NCBI GenBank assembly: GCA_964450535.1
Contig: CAYVDE010000004.1
Location: 9,083 to 73,082, forward strand
DNA length: 64,000 nucleotides
Direction: 5' to 3'
DNA from: an uncultured Desulfobacterales bacterium
GTDB taxonomy: Bacteria > Desulfobacterota > DSM-4660 > Desulfatiglandales > HGW-15
Position 1 is the stretch's first letter; every line of letters starts with the position of its first letter. The notes below the pieces were generated by a model. It had not been told where the DNA came from. It worked only from the letters and a program-made list of their open reading frames with translations, and did no database searches. Below are positions 25,434 through 34,620 of the stretch, piece by piece. The translations under genes were made by a program, and so were the position numbers.

Positions 25434-27052
25434 CGGCTGAACACCACCCGCCCGTCGAAGATGGTCATGTCCACGGAGGTCTCGATGATCTCCATGGGGT
25501 CCACGGAGAAGATGTCCCTGTCCAGGACGACCATGTCCGCCCGTTTTCCGGGTGAAATTGTTCCCAGTTCACCTGTAACGCCGTTCGCCTCCGCCGGTGC
25601 CAGGGTATAGCCGCGGACCGCTTCCTCCACGCTTATCCTTTCACGGGGGTACCATCCCCCTTCGGGGGAGCCGTCCCGCCGTTGACGGGTGACGGCCGCG
25701 TGGATGCCCACGAGCGGTCGCGGATCACAGACCGGCGAATCAGAGCTTAGCATGAGCGGAATACCGGCATCCAGCATGCTCCGATACGCGTAGGTCCATT
25801 GTCCCATTTCTCCTACGCAACTATCTATCATGTGGATGTCCAGAATCAAGTTATGTGGCTGCACACAACCCACCAGGTTTAGACGCGCCATGCGGTAAAG
25901 GTCCTCAGGCCGAATCATCTGTAGGTGCTCGATTCGGTGTGGGACGGCGGGGCGTGATGCGGGATCAATATCCTCAAAGGCTTTATCCCGTTTCACCGCC
26001 TCGAAAACTGAAATCAATTCCCGGTTGGCCCGGTCTCCTATTGCGTGAACCATGACGGCGAGCCCGGCCCGGTTCGCTTTAGTGATCCGTTCACGTAAGG
26101 CTTCCGGCGGGTAGAGGCTCATGCCCACACCACCATCCAGGTATGGGTCGATCATCCATGCGGTGCGCGCCCCCATTCCGCCGTCCATGAAGTATTTGAG
26201 GTGTCCCAACCTGAGTCTATCGTCTCCTAAGCCTGTGCGGATACCCAGGGCTTCCGCCTCATCCAGGCGTTCACCAGGAAGGCTCACCCAGCACCGCAGG
26301 TCCAGCTTTCCTTGCTCCCTGATCTGCTGCCAGGCGCGAAGGACGGGCGGCCCTTCCAGTCCTCCCATGAGCCGGACGTCGAATATCCCGGTCAACCCAT
26401 AGGAGTGGACTTCGGGAATGCCGTCCAGCATGGCCTCGTATACCCCGGCGGTGCCTGCCCTGTCTATGGCCGCCTTGATCAGGTTGGGAGCCAACTCACG
26501 GAGGATGCCGGTGGCACTTCCCGAGGTGTCCCTTGCAATGACGCCGGCGGGCGGGTCGGGCGTGCTGTCGTCGATGCCGGCCTCCTTCAGAGCGACTGAG
26601 TTGACCGTGGCCAGGTGAAGGTCACATCGCCAGAGCGCCACGGGGTGATCCGGCGCTACTCGGTCCAGGTCATGGCGTTCGGGCATGTGTTCGACTTCCC
26701 AGTCCGACTCGTTCCAGCCCTGTCCCACGATCCAGGCTCCCTGTGGAAGGTTGCGGGCGGCCTCCGCTACACGGTTTAAGAGGTCCTCCAGCGAGACCGT
26801 GTCGGCCAGGTTGAGCTGCTTCCGTCCCATGGACCAATCATAATAGTGGAAGTGGCTGTCCGTGAAGCCGGGCAGGACAAGCCTTCCTTCTAAGTCCTGG
26901 GTCTTGGTTCCGGATCGGGAGAGCGACGCTATTTCAGAGTTATCTCCTACGGCCAGGATCCGGCCGTTGCCCATGGCCACTGCCTGGGCCAGGGGGCGGG
27001 AAGGGTCCATGGTTCGAATGACTGCGTTTTGGAAGATGCGTTCCGGTTTCAT
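25430..27052 (-). CDS. Amidohydrolase (amidohydrolase-3 / YtcJ-like metal-dependent hydrolase)
   Basis: The N-terminal metal motif PGFTDSHFHY is present. It is 540 aa long with family-typical architecture. Confidence 0.8.
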   Translation of the reverse strand: MKPERIFQNAVIRTMDPSRPLAQAVAMGNGRILAVGDNSEIASLSRSGTKTQDLEGRLVLPGFTDSHFHYYDWSMGRKQLNLADTVSLEDLLNRVAEAARNLPQGAWIVGQGWNESDWEVEHMPERHDLDRVAPDHPVALWRCDLHLATVNSVALKEAGIDDSTPDPPAGVIARDTSGSATGILRELAPNLIKAAIDRAGTAGVYEAMLDGIPEVHSYGLTGIFDVRLMGGLEGPPVLRAWQQIREQGKLDLRCWVSLPGERLDEAEALGIRTGLGDDRLRLGHLKYFMDGGMGARTAWMIDPYLDGGVGMSLYPPEALRERITKANRAGLAVMVHAIGDRANRELISVFEAVKRDKAFEDIDPASRPAVPHRIEHLQMIRPEDLYRMARLNLVGCVQPHNLILDIHMIDSCVGEMGQWTYAYRSMLDAGIPLMLSSDSPVCDPRPLVGIHAAVTRQRRDGSPEGGWYPRERISVEEAVRGYTLAPAEANGVTGELGTISPGKRADMVVLDRDIFSVDPMEIIETSVDMTIFDGRVVFSR

Positions 27053-28086
27053 GGAAGAAAGCCTCCGGGAAAGGGATCGTCGGGTTCGATGTAAAAGGAG
27101 TGTAGGCCTGTTATGTGTGCGCTTCCACGGATTTCGATCACCACAGCAGGCACACCTCCTACATCTGTTTCAGTGACAATGCGCGCCTTGAACACTGTCC
27201 CGAGCGGGCTCGTGTTTTCGTAGATCCGGTCGATCCCGATTTTACCCCGCTGGTATAAAAGCGTCAGCTTGGCAGCCGTACCCGTCCCGCAAGGTGACCT
27301 GTCCATATGTCGTTCGCCGTATATCACCATGCTTTTCCCGCAAAGTGGACGCTCTGAATCTTCCTCGTAGAACTCCACCACATCCACCGTTGATACCTCA
27401 GGCCGCGTCGGATGGTGAACCTCCAGTTGTTGATCGGCGCTTTCAATGATAGTCATGCCCAGGTCTACGAGCCGCCTCGTGTTTTCCGGGGTGAGTGAAA
27501 GGCCTGTTCGTCGGATCGGGACCATCACGAAAAATCCACCCACGCAGACCGTGTCCACTTCTATACTCCCGAGACCCGGTACATCCAGAGTTTGGTCCAG
27601 GCCGTAAACGAATGACGGCACAGCCTGAATGGCAACCGACTCCACTTGCCCTTCACGGATACGAGCAAGGGCATCCATCGGACCGGAGGGAGTGTCTATG
27701 GTAATCGCGGTTTCGGGATCGCGCCGGTCGATGACCTCCGTGTCGAGAAGAGTGGTGACCGCGCCGATGGTGGCGTGCCCGCAGAGATACGGATAGCGCC
27801 GGGCGTCCATGTATATGAGACCGAAGGACGCCCCATCGGTCACCGGGTCTGTGATGGCGGCGGCTATCATGTCCCGGTGCCCTCTTGGTTCCCGCGTGAG
27901 CAGGAGACGCACATGGTCCAGGTTTTCCATGAAGTAGCGTCGTTTCTCCGCCATTGTGGAACCGGGTACTTCGCCGAATCCGCCCACAATAAGCCGGGTC
28001 GGTTCACCGGCGGTGTGGGAGTCAATGGTCACAAAAGGTTCGGGGAACCTTCGGGCCAGGGTCAGCCTTGCGCGATTGATATCCAT
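27049..28086 (-). CDS. Proline racemase superfamily enzyme (Cys/Cys type), paralog of 22966-24009
   Basis: The motifs DSHTAGEPTRLIVGG, YPYLCGHA and DRSPCGTGTAA are present. The shared block LLLTREPRGHRDM and the C-terminus DDPFPxGFL match the paralog. Confidence 0.85.
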   Translation of the reverse strand: MDINRARLTLARRFPEPFVTIDSHTAGEPTRLIVGGFGEVPGSTMAEKRRYFMENLDHVRLLLTREPRGHRDMIAAAITDPVTDGASFGLIYMDARRYPYLCGHATIGAVTTLLDTEVIDRRDPETAITIDTPSGPMDALARIREGQVESVAIQAVPSFVYGLDQTLDVPGLGSIEVDTVCVGGFFVMVPIRRTGLSLTPENTRRLVDLGMTIIESADQQLEVHHPTRPEVSTVDVVEFYEEDSERPLCGKSMVIYGERHMDRSPCGTGTAAKLTLLYQRGKIGIDRIYENTSPLGTVFKARIVTETDVGGVPAVVIEIRGSAHITGLHSFYIEPDDPFPGGFLP

Positions 28087-28293
28087 GCATTGAACCTTCC
28101 GGGGCCGCCTGCCCGGCTTTTAGGCGGCAAAAGCGGGTTGCAGTGACAAACGTCTATAAAAACCGGCTTCATATGTCGAGAGAATATGCCTTTCCGAAGG
28201 GCATTATGGGCGGTCATGGTCCATACGGTTTGGGACCCCCGGGAAGGAATGTGCTGCCTCAAAGAGAGGAGACGCGGGGATGTCGCGGGCTAA

Positions 28294-29406
28294 TTACCTT
28301 GTGGCGTTATCTCGGTGCAAAAGACCGCAGTCAATGGGAGGCGCGTGAATCAGGACGGAATCGCCCCGGCGGAACGGCTTGGAGCTGATTATGCTGATGG
28401 CGTGAAGTACGGTCCCGTTTTCAAGTTCCACGAAGTAGCTTACTTCACCCCCCATGTAACTGCGATCTTTGATTATGGCCTTGAAAGAGTTGATTTCAGG
28501 GGCCGAAGCGCCCTCCTTGTCCGGAAGGATGTCGAATTTCTGGGCGCGTATGACCAGTTCTACGGGCTCCCCCTGTTTCCACTCTTCAAGGTTAAGGGTG
28601 TAGAACTCGTTGCCGTCCTGGACTCGTACCTTGATGTAGTCCCCGTCGCGGCCCAGCACCTCGCCGTCCATGAAGTTGGAGTGTCCCAGAAAATCGGCTA
28701 CAAAGTGGTTCACCGGCTTGTTGTATACCTCCTCGGGATTCCCTTCCTGCTGCTTTCGCCCGTCCTTCATGACCACGATCTTATCGGACATGGACAGGGC
28801 CTCGCGCTGGTCATGCGTCACAAAGATGGTAGTCACGCCGAGTAACTGCTGTAGATTGTCCACCTCACGGCGCATCTCCTCACGAAGGTTCTCGTCCAGC
28901 GCGGAAAGCGGTTCGTCCATGAGCAGGACCACAGGCTCGATGACAATGGCGCGGGCCAGGGCTATCCGCTGCTGCTGACCTCCTGAAAGCTGGGAAGGCA
29001 TCCGGTTTTCCACGCCGGGCAGCCGCACCATTTCCAGGGCGCGCTGAACACGTTCCCGGGTCTCCTGCTTGGGTACGTTACGGTACTTGAGGCCGAACGC
29101 CACATTCTCGAAAATGTTCTTGTGGGGAAAAAGCGCGTAGTTCTGGAATATCATCCCCAGGTTCCGCTTGTGGATGGGGGTGTCGTTCACACGCTTTCCC
29201 TTTATGAAGATATCCCCTTCGGTCGGTGTCTCCAGCCCGGCGATCATACGCAGGATGGTGGTCTTGCCGCAGCCCGAAGGCCCGAGGAGTGTGACGAGTG
29301 ATCCCTCCTCGAACTCGAGGTTCATCCGCTCCACCGCCACAACCTTGTCGAAACGCTTGTAGACCCCCTTGAGCTCAACCGCTAGGGACTTGCCTTGGTT
29401 ATTCAC
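28294..29406 (-). CDS. ABC transporter ATP-binding protein (PotA-like, with a C-terminal TOBE-like domain)
   Basis: Walker A (GPSGCGKTT), signature (LSGGQQQR) and Walker B (LLMDEPLSALD) are present. The start is GTG, preceded by AGGAGAG. Confidence 0.9.
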   Translation of the reverse strand: MNNQGKSLAVELKGVYKRFDKVVAVERMNLEFEEGSLVTLLGPSGCGKTTILRMIAGLETPTEGDIFIKGKRVNDTPIHKRNLGMIFQNYALFPHKNIFENVAFGLKYRNVPKQETRERVQRALEMVRLPGVENRMPSQLSGGQQQRIALARAIVIEPVVLLMDEPLSALDENLREEMRREVDNLQQLLGVTTIFVTHDQREALSMSDKIVVMKDGRKQQEGNPEEVYNKPVNHFVADFLGHSNFMDGEVLGRDGDYIKVRVQDGNEFYTLNLEEWKQGEPVELVIRAQKFDILPDKEGASAPEINSFKAIIKDRSYMGGEVSYFVELENGTVLHAISIISSKPFRRGDSVLIHAPPIDCGLLHRDNATR

Positions 29407-29535
29407 CTCTCACCGCTCTCCTGATCGGCGTTGGTCGGGAGTGCCGTCCCGATCCGCCGGTAGGGAAGGGGACGGCACAGGTTTCACGAACTGTCCAGGC
29501 TATGCCGTAAGGCCCTGCCTGGACAGTTCCTTATA

Positions 29536-30696
29536 TCAGCCTACTCTGATCCGGTCCCATTTCTCCGTCCACTCGAGCTCGTGCTTGTTCCAGTATTCGG
29601 GTTTGGCGAACAGGTAGCCCTCGAGCGTGCCTGTGGGATCAAAGGCAGGCATCTTCTGTACCTCAGGGGGCATCTCCACTTTGGTGGGGTCCAGGCTCGG
29701 CGGGTAGCCCTGGGCCTTGGCAACAGCGATGGCCGCCTCGGGTTCCAGCATGAAGTTGAGCAGCTTCTGGGCCACTTCCAGGTCTGTTCCCTTGAGCACG
29801 AACATGTACTCCATCCAGGAATAGGTGCCCTTGGGGGACAGGTAGCCTATGGGGTGGCCTTCCTGCTGCAGCGCGCCGACGCGGCCGGACCAGGCCACCG
29901 TGGCATAGATCTCATCGCCGGCCAGAAGGCTCATGAGTTCGGCGCCGGATTCCCAGTACTTTTTCATCAGCCCCCGCTGTTCCGTCAGTGCGTCCCACAC
30001 CGCGTCTAGGTCGGTGATGTTGTTGGGGCTCTGTCCCGTGTGAAGGGCCGCATACCACATGTTGGTCCTGTAATCCGCCCCCCAGCTTCCCAGCTTACCT
30101 TTGAGGTCCTTGTCCCAGAGCAGAGCCACTCCCAGTTTCTCGGCCTTTTCCTTTGAGATGTGCTTGGTGTTGTAAGCTATTCCGGTCTGGCCCAGGTCGT
30201 AGGGAACGGCTGAAAGCTTGCCGTCGCTCAGCCCACGGAGGGCGTTTATCATGGGTAGCATAACCTTCTCAAGGTTGGGGATCTTGGCCTCATCAAGGAC
30301 AACCCCGAAACCCAGGCCCATGTACCGGGCATAGTCGAACACTGCGCTCAGGTGGGCTATGTTGAACTCACCACCCGGCGGGTAGGAGGCCTTGACCTGG
30401 GTCAGAAAGGCGTCCATGCCCGTAAAGGCTGCGTCGACCACCTCGATACCGGTTTCCTTGGTAAAGGGCTCGAATGCATACTTGCGAAGGGCCTCCGAAG
30501 TGGTGCCGCCCCAGGAATCCACCCGGATTGACTTGGAGGCACGAGCGCTGCGGGTCAGCATGCCGAACGGTCCTCCCACCAGCCCGGCCGCGGCCCCGGC
30601 GATACCGAGGTACTTGATGAAGTCGCGGCGGGTGATCTCGCCGTCCCTGTAAAGCGCTGCCACGGTTTCCAGTTGTTCGTTCAAATCCCTGCTCAT
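29536..30696 (-). CDS. ABC substrate-binding protein (PotD/PotF-type) with a Tat signal
   Basis: A twin-arginine signal (ITRRDFIKYLGIAGAAAGL) is present, and the length and composition resemble SBP_bac_8. GGGAGG precedes the ATG. Confidence 0.8.
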   Translation of the reverse strand: MSRDLNEQLETVAALYRDGEITRRDFIKYLGIAGAAAGLVGGPFGMLTRSARASKSIRVDSWGGTTSEALRKYAFEPFTKETGIEVVDAAFTGMDAFLTQVKASYPPGGEFNIAHLSAVFDYARYMGLGFGVVLDEAKIPNLEKVMLPMINALRGLSDGKLSAVPYDLGQTGIAYNTKHISKEKAEKLGVALLWDKDLKGKLGSWGADYRTNMWYAALHTGQSPNNITDLDAVWDALTEQRGLMKKYWESGAELMSLLAGDEIYATVAWSGRVGALQQEGHPIGYLSPKGTYSWMEYMFVLKGTDLEVAQKLLNFMLEPEAAIAVAKAQGYPPSLDPTKVEMPPEVQKMPAFDPTGTLEGYLFAKPEYWNKHELEWTEKWDRIRVG

Positions 30697-30813
30697 GGCT
30701 TACCTCCCTTTCATACAGTAAAGTTGGCGATCGACAGGAGTTATGCGCCCACCGGTTCTCCGGCACCGGATAGCCTCCGTACGGCGTGTGTCCTGTCAGG
30801 GTTAATGTATCAA

Positions 30814-31605
30814 CTATTTTCCCCTGGCGAAGCGACGAGAGAGGTACCCCGCGAGCAGGGGTGTTGAGATTGTCAATATAATCATTACGGTCCCCAGGGC
30901 GTTGATCTCAGGGCTTATAGAGGTGCGCAGCATGCTGAAGATCTTTACCGGGACCGTCTGATTCTGGGCCGTGGCCCAAAAAAGTGTGGCCGTTACGTCA
31001 TCGAATGAGATGGTGAAAGAAAACAGCATCCCCGCCAGTATGGCAGGCATAAGCAGCGGCAGCGTGATCTCTTTGAAGGCCTGGAAGGGGTTTGCGCCGA
31101 GGCTCATGGCGGCCTCCTCATAAACGCGCTTTATGCCCACCAGCCTGGCCTGAACCACCAGCAGGACATAGGGCAGGGTGAGGACCACGTGTCCGATGAG
31201 CAGCAACGCAAAGCTCTTGGGCTGCTGGAGCCACCGGATGAACAGTAGGAGGGCCACGCCCAGCACCACCTCCGGGATCATGATCGGGGCCAGGAGCAAG
31301 GTGTTCAGGCTGTTCTTGCCGGGAAACTCGTAACGCACAAAGGCCATTGCCGCAGGAATCGCAATGGTGGTGGTCATTACGGCCGTCAGAGACCCCAAGA
31401 CGAGGCTGTTCTTGAAGGCGTTTATAATGGTCTCGTTCTGGGCGAGCTTGATGTACCATCGGAGGCTGAGTCCCTCCATGGGGAAGGACCCGAACTGCTG
31501 CGGGTTGAAAGACAGTATGACCACCGCCACAATGGGGGCGAACATCCAGATGTAGACCATGATCGTGAAGAGGCGTATCAGTGACCAGCCCGTTATTCTT
31601 GGCAT
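30814..31605 (-). CDS. ABC transporter permease (PotC-like)
   Basis: It is a multi-TM protein with the EAA loop EEAAMSLGANPFQAFKEITLP. Confidence 0.85.
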   Translation of the reverse strand: MPRITGWSLIRLFTIMVYIWMFAPIVAVVILSFNPQQFGSFPMEGLSLRWYIKLAQNETIINAFKNSLVLGSLTAVMTTTIAIPAAMAFVRYEFPGKNSLNTLLLAPIMIPEVVLGVALLLFIRWLQQPKSFALLLIGHVVLTLPYVLLVVQARLVGIKRVYEEAAMSLGANPFQAFKEITLPLLMPAILAGMLFSFTISFDDVTATLFWATAQNQTVPVKIFSMLRTSISPEINALGTVMIILTISTPLLAGYLSRRFARGK

Positions 31606-31615
31606 TGTGAATAAC

Positions 31616-32476
31616 TCACTGCAGGCTCTTGAAGATCTGGTTGATCCCCAGGTAGCGGTTATAGGTGTACACGATTACGCCCAGCAGTGCCAGGAGGATC
31701 GTGCTGATGGCCGAACCAAAGGGCCAGTCAAGGGTCCCTACGACCCGTTTGAAGATCAGGTTGGCGATCATGTCGTTCCCCGGACCTCCCAGAATCATGG
31801 GTGGAAGGTATGTGCCGGATGTCAGGACAAAGACCAGGAGGCAGCCTGCGCTCACCCCCGGGAGGCTGAGGGGCAGGGTGACCTCGCGGAACGCCTGCCA
31901 CTCCGTGCATCCAAGGCTTCTCGCCGCCTCGAGTAGGTTCTTGTCTATCCCTTCCAGGCTCACATAGATGTTGAGGATCATGAACGGGAGCAGGTACTGA
32001 ATCAGGCCCATCAGAACTGCACCCTCATTGTAGAGCATGGCCAGGGGCCTGTCCATGAATCCGATTCGCATGAGAACGTGGTTGATCAGGCCGGTGTCAC
32101 CCAGGATGTTGATCCAGCTCAGGGTACGGATGATGAAGCTGATCCAGAAGGGAAGCATCACCAGGATCAGTAGAAACGGTTTGTACCTGCTCTCCGTTCG
32201 GTAGAAGAAGTACGCGGGGATGTACCCCATGACCAGGCAGAGAACGACCGTCTCGAGGGACACGCGTATGGTTCGAATCAAGAGGGAGGGGTAAAAAAAA
32301 TCTTCGAAGAACTTGGCGTAGTTCCCGAACTGAAACGCCGGAATGTCAGCCCCGCTCGGCGCCCTGAGCCAGAAGCTGTAGACCACTATGAAGCAGACAG
32401 GAATCACAAGCAGGAAAAAGATGGCACTCAGGGCAGGAGAAAGAAGAGCGGCGGGTTTCCAGAGCTTGTTTTCCAT
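31616..32476 (-). CDS. ABC transporter permease (PotB-like)
   Basis: It has the EAA loop EAARSLGCTEWQAFREVTLP. I chose the start at MENKLWKPAALLSPAL (ATG at 32476) instead of the track start at 32632. Confidence 0.85.
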   Translation of the reverse strand: MENKLWKPAALLSPALSAIFFLLVIPVCFIVVYSFWLRAPSGADIPAFQFGNYAKFFEDFFYPSLLIRTIRVSLETVVLCLVMGYIPAYFFYRTESRYKPFLLILVMLPFWISFIIRTLSWINILGDTGLINHVLMRIGFMDRPLAMLYNEGAVLMGLIQYLLPFMILNIYVSLEGIDKNLLEAARSLGCTEWQAFREVTLPLSLPGVSAGCLLVFVLTSGTYLPPMILGGPGNDMIANLIFKRVVGTLDWPFGSAISTILLALLGVIVYTYNRYLGINQIFKSLQ

Positions 32477-32808
32477 GTCTCGCCGAAGGTGTATCGGGTT
32501 CCTGTTAGAAAAGGATGCCGGCGCTGCCGAATTCGAGCGCCGTTTGAGGAGGCTAAAACCATGCCTGACTCCTGTCAGGCTTGAAAGACCGTCCACACTA
32601 CGCTGAACCGGTCCCGGCGCGCACCTGGTCACCCATTGCCGCCTTAGACGTAATCATATAGTGGACATAACGCCAAGAGTCAAGGACAATTGAGGCTCTT
32701 CCAGGCATCGCTCTTGTCCAGAAAGCCTGTCCCGGTTCAAGATCGCCGTATTTTTGTAGTGCAGGGAGATAAACCACCCCCTCGATGCGGACTCTGGTTA
32801 CCTCTGCC

Positions 32809-34620
32809 CTACCTTCCCAGAATCCGCTTCCCCAGAGCTGAGTAAATGAATCGCCGGAGTTTTTCCCTGTCCCTTCGCCCCGGCGGCTTGGTCCCTGAAA
32901 TATCGAGAGTTCGGAGAAGGCCGGAAGCGGCGATCATTTCCATTGCATGGTGGCTTTCCCTGTTTGTAAGGCCGTCCCTGCCGTTGTCGGCGGCCGCCGG
33001 GTTGAAGCGGACGTAAACGCCCCGGTTCCCGGAAGCCGCCCTGCGTAAGGCCCGGCGGGTCACCTCCCGGATACCCAGGAGATCCACATCCTCCATAGTG
33101 TACGATTCTATTCTGAACCTGCGGATGATTTCCGCGTCCTTTTCCTCCGCGTCCCGCAGGCAGAGAAATATCAGGCTTTCCGGTGAAACGCGTGCGAACG
33201 GCTTATGTTCTGATGGTTCCGATGAAGCCGTCGTGCTCGAGGGAGGGGCCAGGTCCTCCCGGCCCAAAAGGTCGAATGGAAAGTCGGGGAAGGGGCTGAT
33301 CCAGATCATCCCCGGCGGGTCGCCTGCAGCGGCCATGGCTGCATACAGGGGTTTTGTAAGAGGTTCGGTGCCGCCGGCGATTATGCAGTCCTTGTCCGGC
33401 CGCAACTCGGGTATTTCCGGTTTGAGCGCTTTAATAAAAATTCGTTCCGCGTAGCCGAGCTTCTCCAGTTCGTTCCACTTTTCCTGATTCCTGAACAGAG
33501 GATCGTCCCCCAGAAAAACGATGCGCACCCCGTGGGGGGAAAAGCGGTCGCCACCAACAGGGCGCTTTTCCACATACGACGAGGTCATGGCCGATAGAAG
33601 AGCCGAGTAGGAGAGGTTGAAGGTAATGACGTCTCCCAGATCCAGCTCTCCCGGATATTCAGTCACATCGAGGATCAGGTGGTCACTCGAGGCGCCCAGA
33701 ACGGAAATCCCCGGCTCCGCCGGTTCGAGCCCGCTTACATCCACATCTTCCCGCCCGATATTGAGAATCGCCCGGAGCATCTCCCCTTTGTCAGAAAATT
33801 CGGGTGTTCCGCCGAATGCGTCCTGGCCTGTCTCGCCGATCGGCATCGACGGTTTCCTTTTCAGTTCGATGACTTCCCCGGAGAGGAGAAACGCATCCTG
33901 GACCGTTCCCGGCCAGCATGTCCTGTTGATGGTCTCACGCCCCAGAAGGATGGCCTCGCCTATCCGGAGATGATTTATTTCCGGGGGCATTCTTCCGGAA
34001 GCAAGAAGCGGCAGGGATGAGGAGTTTCCGCCTGAAATAGTTTCGATCGGGATTCCGAACGTGTCCTCTATCCTGCGGGCCCAGTCGACCAGTTCCTGCA
34101 TGTTTTTTCGCGTCGGAATTACCCCGCCGTAACAGGTGAGGTTCGTGCCGATTCCCTGGATCCTGACGCCGGGAAGGTCGATGATCTCACGCACGGCCGC
34201 CATCAGGTCATCGGGCCAGAAACCTTCCCTCAGGTCCCCCAGGTCCAGCATCAGGATGATCCTGTGAATGATGCCGCGTTCTTCCGCCGCCTGGGAGAGG
34301 GCCCGGATAGCCGGGAGTTCCGAATTGAGGCTCACGTCAACCGAATTGACGATCTCTTCGGCCGCGGATACAGGCGGAATACGCAGAAGCATGATCGGCT
34401 CCAGAATTCCTCCCGCCCGGAGCCGGTGGATGTTTTCCATCCTGGATTCCCCGATCCCCGAGACTCCGCCCATGATCAGCGCTTTCGCGACTTGCGGCAT
34501 GCCGCAAGTCACTTTGGTCACGCCGGTTACCGTGACTCCATAACCAGCGCAGAGATTAGTGACCGCACGTGCGTTCGAGATAATTTTTTCAAGATCGATG
34601 GTCACGGCCGGTCCGGACAT
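32809..34620 (-). CDS. orr: Ornithine/alanine racemase-fold PLP enzyme fused to a degenerate arginase-fold C-terminal domain
   Basis: The N-terminal ~355 aa is an alanine-racemase-fold protein (VTGVTKVTCG lysine block). It sits in the position that orr occupies in the conserved ornithine cluster. The C-terminal ~245 aa is collinear with arginase/agmatinase blocks, but the Mn-ligand residues are replaced. Confidence 0.75.
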   Translation of the reverse strand: MSGPAVTIDLEKIISNARAVTNLCAGYGVTVTGVTKVTCGMPQVAKALIMGGVSGIGESRMENIHRLRAGGILEPIMLLRIPPVSAAEEIVNSVDVSLNSELPAIRALSQAAEERGIIHRIILMLDLGDLREGFWPDDLMAAVREIIDLPGVRIQGIGTNLTCYGGVIPTRKNMQELVDWARRIEDTFGIPIETISGGNSSSLPLLASGRMPPEINHLRIGEAILLGRETINRTCWPGTVQDAFLLSGEVIELKRKPSMPIGETGQDAFGGTPEFSDKGEMLRAILNIGREDVDVSGLEPAEPGISVLGASSDHLILDVTEYPGELDLGDVITFNLSYSALLSAMTSSYVEKRPVGGDRFSPHGVRIVFLGDDPLFRNQEKWNELEKLGYAERIFIKALKPEIPELRPDKDCIIAGGTEPLTKPLYAAMAAAGDPPGMIWISPFPDFPFDLLGREDLAPPSSTTASSEPSEHKPFARVSPESLIFLCLRDAEEKDAEIIRRFRIESYTMEDVDLLGIREVTRRALRRAASGNRGVYVRFNPAAADNGRDGLTNRESHHAMEMIAASGLLRTLDISGTKPPGRRDREKLRRFIYSALGKRILGR

